From assembly GCA_964486725.1 (NCBI GenBank), contig CAZAOK010000001.1, positions 49,213 through 113,212 of the forward strand: a stretch of DNA of 64,000 nt, read 5' to 3'. Origin of the DNA: an uncultured Leptospiraceae bacterium (GTDB taxonomy: Bacteria; Spirochaetota; UBA4802; UB4802). Below are positions 60,401 to 64,000 of this stretch, piece by piece (within the stretch, counting starts at the first letter, position 1; every line of letters starts with the position of its first letter). The translations under genes and the position numbers were made by a program. The notes under the pieces are model-generated. The model saw only the letters and a list, made by a program, of their open reading frames with translations, had not been told where the DNA came from and did not search any database.

Positions 60401-61303
60401 ATCAAGGCAGTAGTACTTGCAGGTCCAACGGCAATAGGCAAGACAGATATATCGATTTTACTGGCCGGTGACCAATTTCAAATAATATCTGCTGACTCTG
60501 TGCAGGTATACCGGTATATGGATATTGGCAGTGGGAAACCATCCCATGAACAGCGTAACGAAGTTATCCATTATTGTATTGATATAGCAGACCCGGATTA
60601 CCGTTTCACCGCAGGGGATTTTTGCCGGAAAGCAGAGGAAGCGTGTTCTGCAATAAAGAATACCGGTAAAATTCCATTATTCGTTGGTGGTACCGGAATG
60701 TATATAGATGCATTTTTTGATGGTCTTTCAAATATTCCACCAGTTAATACTGATATTAGAAATCAACTTCAGAAAAGATTGAGTATCGAAGGTACGGAGC
60801 CATTGTACAGAGAGCTTGAAGAGTATGATGGTGCCTGGGCCGCCCGAATACACCATAATGACAGGCAACGCATACTGAGAGGTCTGGAAGTTTTTTTAAG
60901 TACGGGAAGGCCGATTTCTTCCTATCATGAAGGGAGTAGGGGTAATTATTCTGATGAAACTTTGTACCTGGGATTGTACTGTGACAGGTCAGAACTTATA
61001 AATAGAATAAATGACCGTGTTGAGCAGATGATAAAAAAAGGTTTTATTGAAGAGGTGGAGAAATTACGGCAAATGGGATATGGTCCGGATCTTAAATCAA
61101 TGAAATCCCTTGGATACGCGCAATTGCATGCATACATTGACGGTAAATTCAATCTGGATGAAGCAGTTGCAGTTATAAAACATGAAACAGCCAGATACGC
61201 GAAGCGTCAGATGACCTGGTTTAGAAGAAATAAAAGAATAAATTGGTTTAATAAAAATCAAGTTGAAAAGCTCAAGGAAATGATGTATAATTGGATAGGT
61301 TAA
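60401..61303 (+). CDS. miaA: tRNA dimethylallyltransferase MiaA (non-canonical start inferred)
   Basis: The P-loop GPTAIGKT and IISADSVQVYRYMDIGSGKP are encoded at 60419-60540. That is upstream of the first canonical start (GTG 60500) and downstream of an in-frame TAG (60392-60394). ATC 60401 with GAGGT at 60388-60392 is the only plausible initiator. Confidence 0.85.
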   Translation: MKAVVLAGPTAIGKTDISILLAGDQFQIISADSVQVYRYMDIGSGKPSHEQRNEVIHYCIDIADPDYRFTAGDFCRKAEEACSAIKNTGKIPLFVGGTGMYIDAFFDGLSNIPPVNTDIRNQLQKRLSIEGTEPLYRELEEYDGAWAARIHHNDRQRILRGLEVFLSTGRPISSYHEGSRGNYSDETLYLGLYCDRSELINRINDRVEQMIKKGFIEEVEKLRQMGYGPDLKSMKSLGYAQLHAYIDGKFNLDEAVAVIKHETARYAKRQMTWFRRNKRINWFNKNQVEKLKEMMYNWIG

Positions 61304-61439
61304 GTATTATTATTAATTATCGCATACGTGATTATATAGTAACGGTATCCAATCAGGTGTTTACAGTCTAAAAATAAGTTTTATTGTTACACGAGAAGAA
61401 TTATAATAATAGGTACAATACATACCACGAGGTTTTAAA

Positions 61440-61679
61440 ATGCCAAAACAAACAAAAAATTTGCAGGACAGCTTTTTGAATGCTGTAAGAAAAGAAAAGA
61501 TTGAAATAACAATTTATCTAATGAATGGCGTTCCAATAAAAGGCAGGGTGGTAAGTTTTGATAATTTTACCATTCTGATAGAAGTCGATAAAAAACAAAA
61601 TTTAATTTATAAACATGCGGTTTCAACCTTGATGCCGGTGAAACCGGTGCAATACAAAGAAGAAGATAATAATGGATAA
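61440..61679 (+). CDS. hfq: RNA chaperone Hfq
   Basis: Sm motifs [59 protein letters not shown]. Confidence 0.93.
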   Translation: MPKQTKNLQDSFLNAVRKEKIEITIYLMNGVPIKGRVVSFDNFTILIEVDKKQNLIYKHAVSTLMPVKPVQYKEEDNNG

Positions 61680-61689
61680 TTGTTAAAAT

Positions 61690-62601
61690 ATGGTTAACCT
61701 GATGAAACAACTGATAAAAACAATACTAATTGTATTAATAATTTCAGCAGCAGGTTATTTCATATATAGTAGCGTGGTAATAATAAACGAAGGAAATATT
61801 GGTATTGCTGAAGATACCGGTGACAAGGTTGTTGTACAGATTCTTCAGCCGGGAGTAAATGTAATATGGAGATCTATTATTCCCGGTCGAGTTGATGTAT
61901 TGAGATTGCCGGTAAAGGGTTCTTCTTTTTTCGATGTTACAATAGATATTCCCCCTCTTGGTTCTCTTGACAGTAAGTATTATTCTATCAATGTACCAAT
62001 AGATTTTAATTACCGGTTGCAGCCGGATAGCCTTTCTTTTGATCCAGGTGAATTAAAGGAGGGGAAGCAATTTATAAAAAATACGGTTGAAAAAGTTACA
62101 ACAGGTGAAATAAATAAAGAATTCTCACGTTATTTAAGTCCATCCTATAACAGGATAATGTTATTACGTCAGCAAGAGAACCTGGTAGCATCAGCATTTA
62201 AGAATATTAAAAAAAAGTGTGATTCACTGGGTATTGAGATCACAGAACTTAATGTATCAGGTAATATCAGTTTTCCTGATAATGCCACCTATTACGAGGG
62301 AGTCCGTTATTATAACGAACTCAGACAAATGGAAAGAAATAACAGGAAAGAGTTAATTCTGCTTAAAAATGATTTGAAGAAAAAAGAACTATCCCGTGAC
62401 AAGTATATAGATAAGTTGAAACGAATATCGACAATTGTAAAAGATAACCCGGATCTTTTAAAATTTATTTATATTGACAAACTGGGGGGTAACGTGAAAG
62501 TTATCTTATCATCTGAAAAGACAGGTGTTCCCTTCGGATTATCGCTTGAAGAGATCAAGGATGAGAAAAAAACCACCGGGGATATTGATAATCTTCGCTG
62601 A
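61690..62601 (+). CDS. Membrane-anchored SPFH/Band-7-like protein (tentative)
   Basis: N-terminal TM, then VVIINEGNIGIAEDTGDKVVVQILQPGVNVIW and GIEITELNVSG, as in HflC/HflK-type proteins. Its position after hfq mirrors hfq-hflXKC loci. Confidence 0.45.
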   Translation: MVNLMKQLIKTILIVLIISAAGYFIYSSVVIINEGNIGIAEDTGDKVVVQILQPGVNVIWRSIIPGRVDVLRLPVKGSSFFDVTIDIPPLGSLDSKYYSINVPIDFNYRLQPDSLSFDPGELKEGKQFIKNTVEKVTTGEINKEFSRYLSPSYNRIMLLRQQENLVASAFKNIKKKCDSLGIEITELNVSGNISFPDNATYYEGVRYYNELRQMERNNRKELILLKNDLKKKELSRDKYIDKLKRISTIVKDNPDLLKFIYIDKLGGNVKVILSSEKTGVPFGLSLEEIKDEKKTTGDIDNLR

Positions 62602-62655
62602 GTGGCAATAAAAAAATCCGGGAAATATTGATTTATTGATATAAGGAGTCGAATT

Positions 62656-62745
62656 ATGCCTTGTGGTAAGAAAAAGAAAAGAAGAAAGATCGCCAATCAC
62701 AAGCGGAAAAAGAGAAGAAGAAAGAACAGACATAAAAAGAAGTAA
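62656..62745 (+). CDS. 29-aa highly basic peptide, ribosomal protein bS22-like (not in the ORF track)
   Basis: AAGGAG (62643-62648) lies 7 nt before the ATG. Translation: MPCGKKKKRRKIANHKRKKRRRKNRHKKK-stop. Confidence 0.6.
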   Translation: MPCGKKKKRRKIANHKRKKRRRKNRHKKK

Positions 62746-62777
62746 TTTTATGTCAATACAGGTTTCATGTGTTTATG

Positions 62778-62820
62778 CAAAAGAGATTGGTATTCATGTG
62801 GGCGAAACCAGTCTCTTTTG
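62778..62820 (+). terminator. Hairpin terminator candidate after the bS22-like ORF
   Basis: 13-bp stem caaaagagattgg / ccagtctcttttg (one G-U pair) with a 17-nt loop, followed by tatttta. Confidence 0.35.
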
Positions 62821-62843
62821 TATTTTATGACAGGTGAATAATT

Positions 62844-63569
62844 ATGCGAAGAAATGTACCACGACCCAGTGGTAATCAGCAGGTTGGCAAAAGACTATAC
62901 TGGAAAAGAAGGCCGTCTGAGATAAGAGGGTACCATAGAACTCTGTATCTCAATGCGGAAAATGGTGATTACCTTCGTGTCGATTATAACCTGAAAGATA
63001 AAAGGATCCGGCTCTACATCGAAGATAGTGATGAAGGGGGGAATCCCTATTATTCTGTTATTAGTAATGGCAGGGTCACAGCAGAGAGGAACGCAACAAC
63101 AGGGCGGGGATATAATTTATCAGAGAAGTTCAGAAGAAGGGCTGATATTTTTTCCACAATACCGAACCGTGAAGTTATTCGATTGATTAATAAGAAATAC
63201 GGTATTGGTGAATCCAGCGAAGATTCACAAAAACGTGAATCACAACGAAGGAAAGAACTGGAGCAGACCCGGAAACGGTATTTTCGTACTGATGACACTC
63301 CATCATATGTTTCGAGGGGCACTGCAACACCCAGGCCGCAGGTAGGGTTTACTGATTTCAAAGATATTGCTATCAGTTCAATCCTTACAGGAGGAATGTA
63401 TTTTATCACTTTTGATCTTATCAAGACGGGAATTGTTGCGGCGTTTTGCGGAATAATTATGGGGATGCTTGATATTTTTATCAGGAACAGGCAGACCATA
63501 TTTGTTAAGTTGTTTATATTTCTCATTGCCGGTCTTATACTTTATGTGTATGGATATTATATTTTGTAA
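62844..63569 (+). CDS. Hypothetical protein with basic N-terminal half and C-terminal TM segments
   Basis: 241-aa ORF. C-terminus ISSILTGGMYFITFDLIKTGIVAAFCGIIMGML...LFIFLIAGLILYVYGYYIL. Confidence 0.5.
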   Translation: MRRNVPRPSGNQQVGKRLYWKRRPSEIRGYHRTLYLNAENGDYLRVDYNLKDKRIRLYIEDSDEGGNPYYSVISNGRVTAERNATTGRGYNLSEKFRRRADIFSTIPNREVIRLINKKYGIGESSEDSQKRESQRRKELEQTRKRYFRTDDTPSYVSRGTATPRPQVGFTDFKDIAISSILTGGMYFITFDLIKTGIVAAFCGIIMGMLDIFIRNRQTIFVKLFIFLIAGLILYVYGYYIL

Positions 63570-63727
63570 TCACCAATCCCCCGGCCAGGTTGCCCTTGTC
63601 CATGTTAAGGATGCTACAGGGAAAAAGGGGTGTGATGCTATTTTATACTTGAAAAGATTAACATCATGGATATAATAGTGTTAAAGTTGGGTACTAATCT
63701 ATTATACGGAAGTCGGGTTAACCAGAA

Positions 63728-64000
63728 ATGGAAAAAACAGTTCAAAATGTAAACTCCATGCAGGTAGTTTGTTTTAATATTGGCACGGAAGAGTATGGTG
63801 TTGAAATTCTGAAAGTACAGGAAATCCTTAAGCTGCCTAAGATAACCCGGTTGCCGAAATCCGCCCATTATATTATGGGCGTTATTGATTTACGTGGCAA
63901 GGTTATACCCATAGTGGACTTAAGCAAGCGATTTGGTATTAAGGAAGATGCGTCGGACGAAGGTAAACGTGCTATCGTCGTTGATATCAGGGGCAAACGT
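63728..64000 (+). CDS. cheW: Chemotaxis coupling protein CheW, 3' end outside window
   Basis: MEKTVQNVNSMQVVCFNIGTEEYGVEILKVQEILKLPKITRLPKSAHYIMGVIDLRGKVIPIVDLSKRFG... is open to the window edge. It is absent from the ORF track because it has no stop codon. Confidence 0.9.
   Translation, partial: MEKTVQNVNSMQVVCFNIGTEEYGVEILKVQEILKLPKITRLPKSAHYIMGVIDLRGKVIPIVDLSKRFGIKEDASDEGKRAIVVDIRGKR

Overview
Bacterial chromosomal window. I saw no rRNA, tRNA or CRISPR array. Reading 5' to 3': (1) The distal part of an F1Fo ATP synthase operon (atpF'-H-A-G-D-C) with a strong intrinsic terminator. (2) Two co-oriented, extremely acidic proteins; the second carries GAF-like and degenerate GGDEF domains. (3) A LysM-M23 peptidase, an unknown gene, bactofilin and pdxA. 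(4) Small envelope or unknown genes: a lipoprotein, a membrane protein, TPR, STAS, an Ig-like secreted protein and NUDIX. (5) An envelope cluster at 17.9-33.5 kb: VanW, an exported AMMECR1-like protein, a 1786-aa thioester alpha-2-macroglobulin (A2M) lipoprotein, a SpoIID-transpeptidase fusion, an HExxH/PD40/Omp85-like protein, a CNNM/CorC transporter and a vWA protein. (6) A 1875-aa orphan lipoprotein. (7) A long motility cluster: DUF115-flbD-motA-motB-fliL-fliY-fliO-P-Q-R-flhB-A-F-G-x-fliA-fapA-x-x-cheR-cheD. (8) yicC-remA-gmk-rpoZ-miaA-hfq, an SPFH-like gene, an unlisted 29-aa bS22-type ORF, a membrane protein and a 3'-truncated cheW. The items most worth a second look are these. The thioester A2M gene is paired with a SpoIID-transpeptidase fusion instead of the usual PBP1c partner, and that fusion gene is a sharp GC spike. 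Two copies of a 155-bp MITE-like element have target-site duplications and a covarying GC hairpin. A decayed 63-nt copy of the 3' end of the Omp85-like gene lies 1.6 kb downstream of it. The miaA P-loop lies upstream of any canonical start codon. The giant lipoprotein has no recognisable domains. An AATTAATTGAC repeat cluster lies between motB and fliL. The taxon cannot be assigned from this window; the fla operon order resembles Spirochaetes/Firmicutes, while the bS22-type peptide resembles Bacteroidetes-like lineages.
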